A stretch of 35,143 bases of DNA from Dimorphilus gyrociliatus. Its lineage: Eukaryota; Animalia; Annelida. Shown here in pieces: positions 35,120-35,143 of this stretch. The stretch lies in the NCBI GenBank assembly GCA_904063045.1, contig CAJFCJ010000082.1, forward strand, positions 56,056 through 91,198, written 5' to 3'. The number at the start of each line of letters is the position of its first letter. The stretch's first letter is position 1. Made by a program: the position numbers and the translations under genes. The notes below the pieces were generated by a model. The model worked only from the letters and a program-made list of their open reading frames with translations, did no database searches and was not told the DNA's origin.

Positions 35120-35143
35120 ATATGTTTTCTAATTCTATTTTAT

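Noticed and set aside
1-35143. Prokaryotic operons, rRNA or tRNA genes
   Set aside because: Spliceosomal exon-intron structure throughout, and no rRNA or tRNA signatures seen.

Overview
AT-rich eukaryotic (animal) DNA with very short GT-AG introns (about 50-85 bp), so the bacterial-style ORF track mostly shows exon fragments. About half of the window is DNA-transposon sequence. It contains at least seven copies of an intron-containing Mutator/MULE (Phantom-like) group. One copy is apparently intact (25554-28223): 117-bp TIRs, a 10-bp TSD and a 5-exon, 617-aa transposase with PHD-like finger, FLYWCH and DDE domains. There is also a nested complex (14501-19084) in which one MULE carries a second MULE and an inverted mariner fragment. 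Other mobile DNA: a TA-flanked deleted mariner, a Tc1 remnant, and four copies of a ~200-bp MITE that carries MULE-type termini and TAACCC repeats. Host genes: an intact 7-exon CRAL-TRIO gene (minus strand); a decayed LGR/GRL101-like GPCR whose upstream region holds LRR, LDLa, C-type-lectin-like, SRCR and F-type-lectin exons; a paralogous F-type lectin gene (minus strand); and a secreted EB/EGF + PAN + tandem F-type lectin gene that may run past the right edge. All translations and splice models were made by hand; no database search was run.
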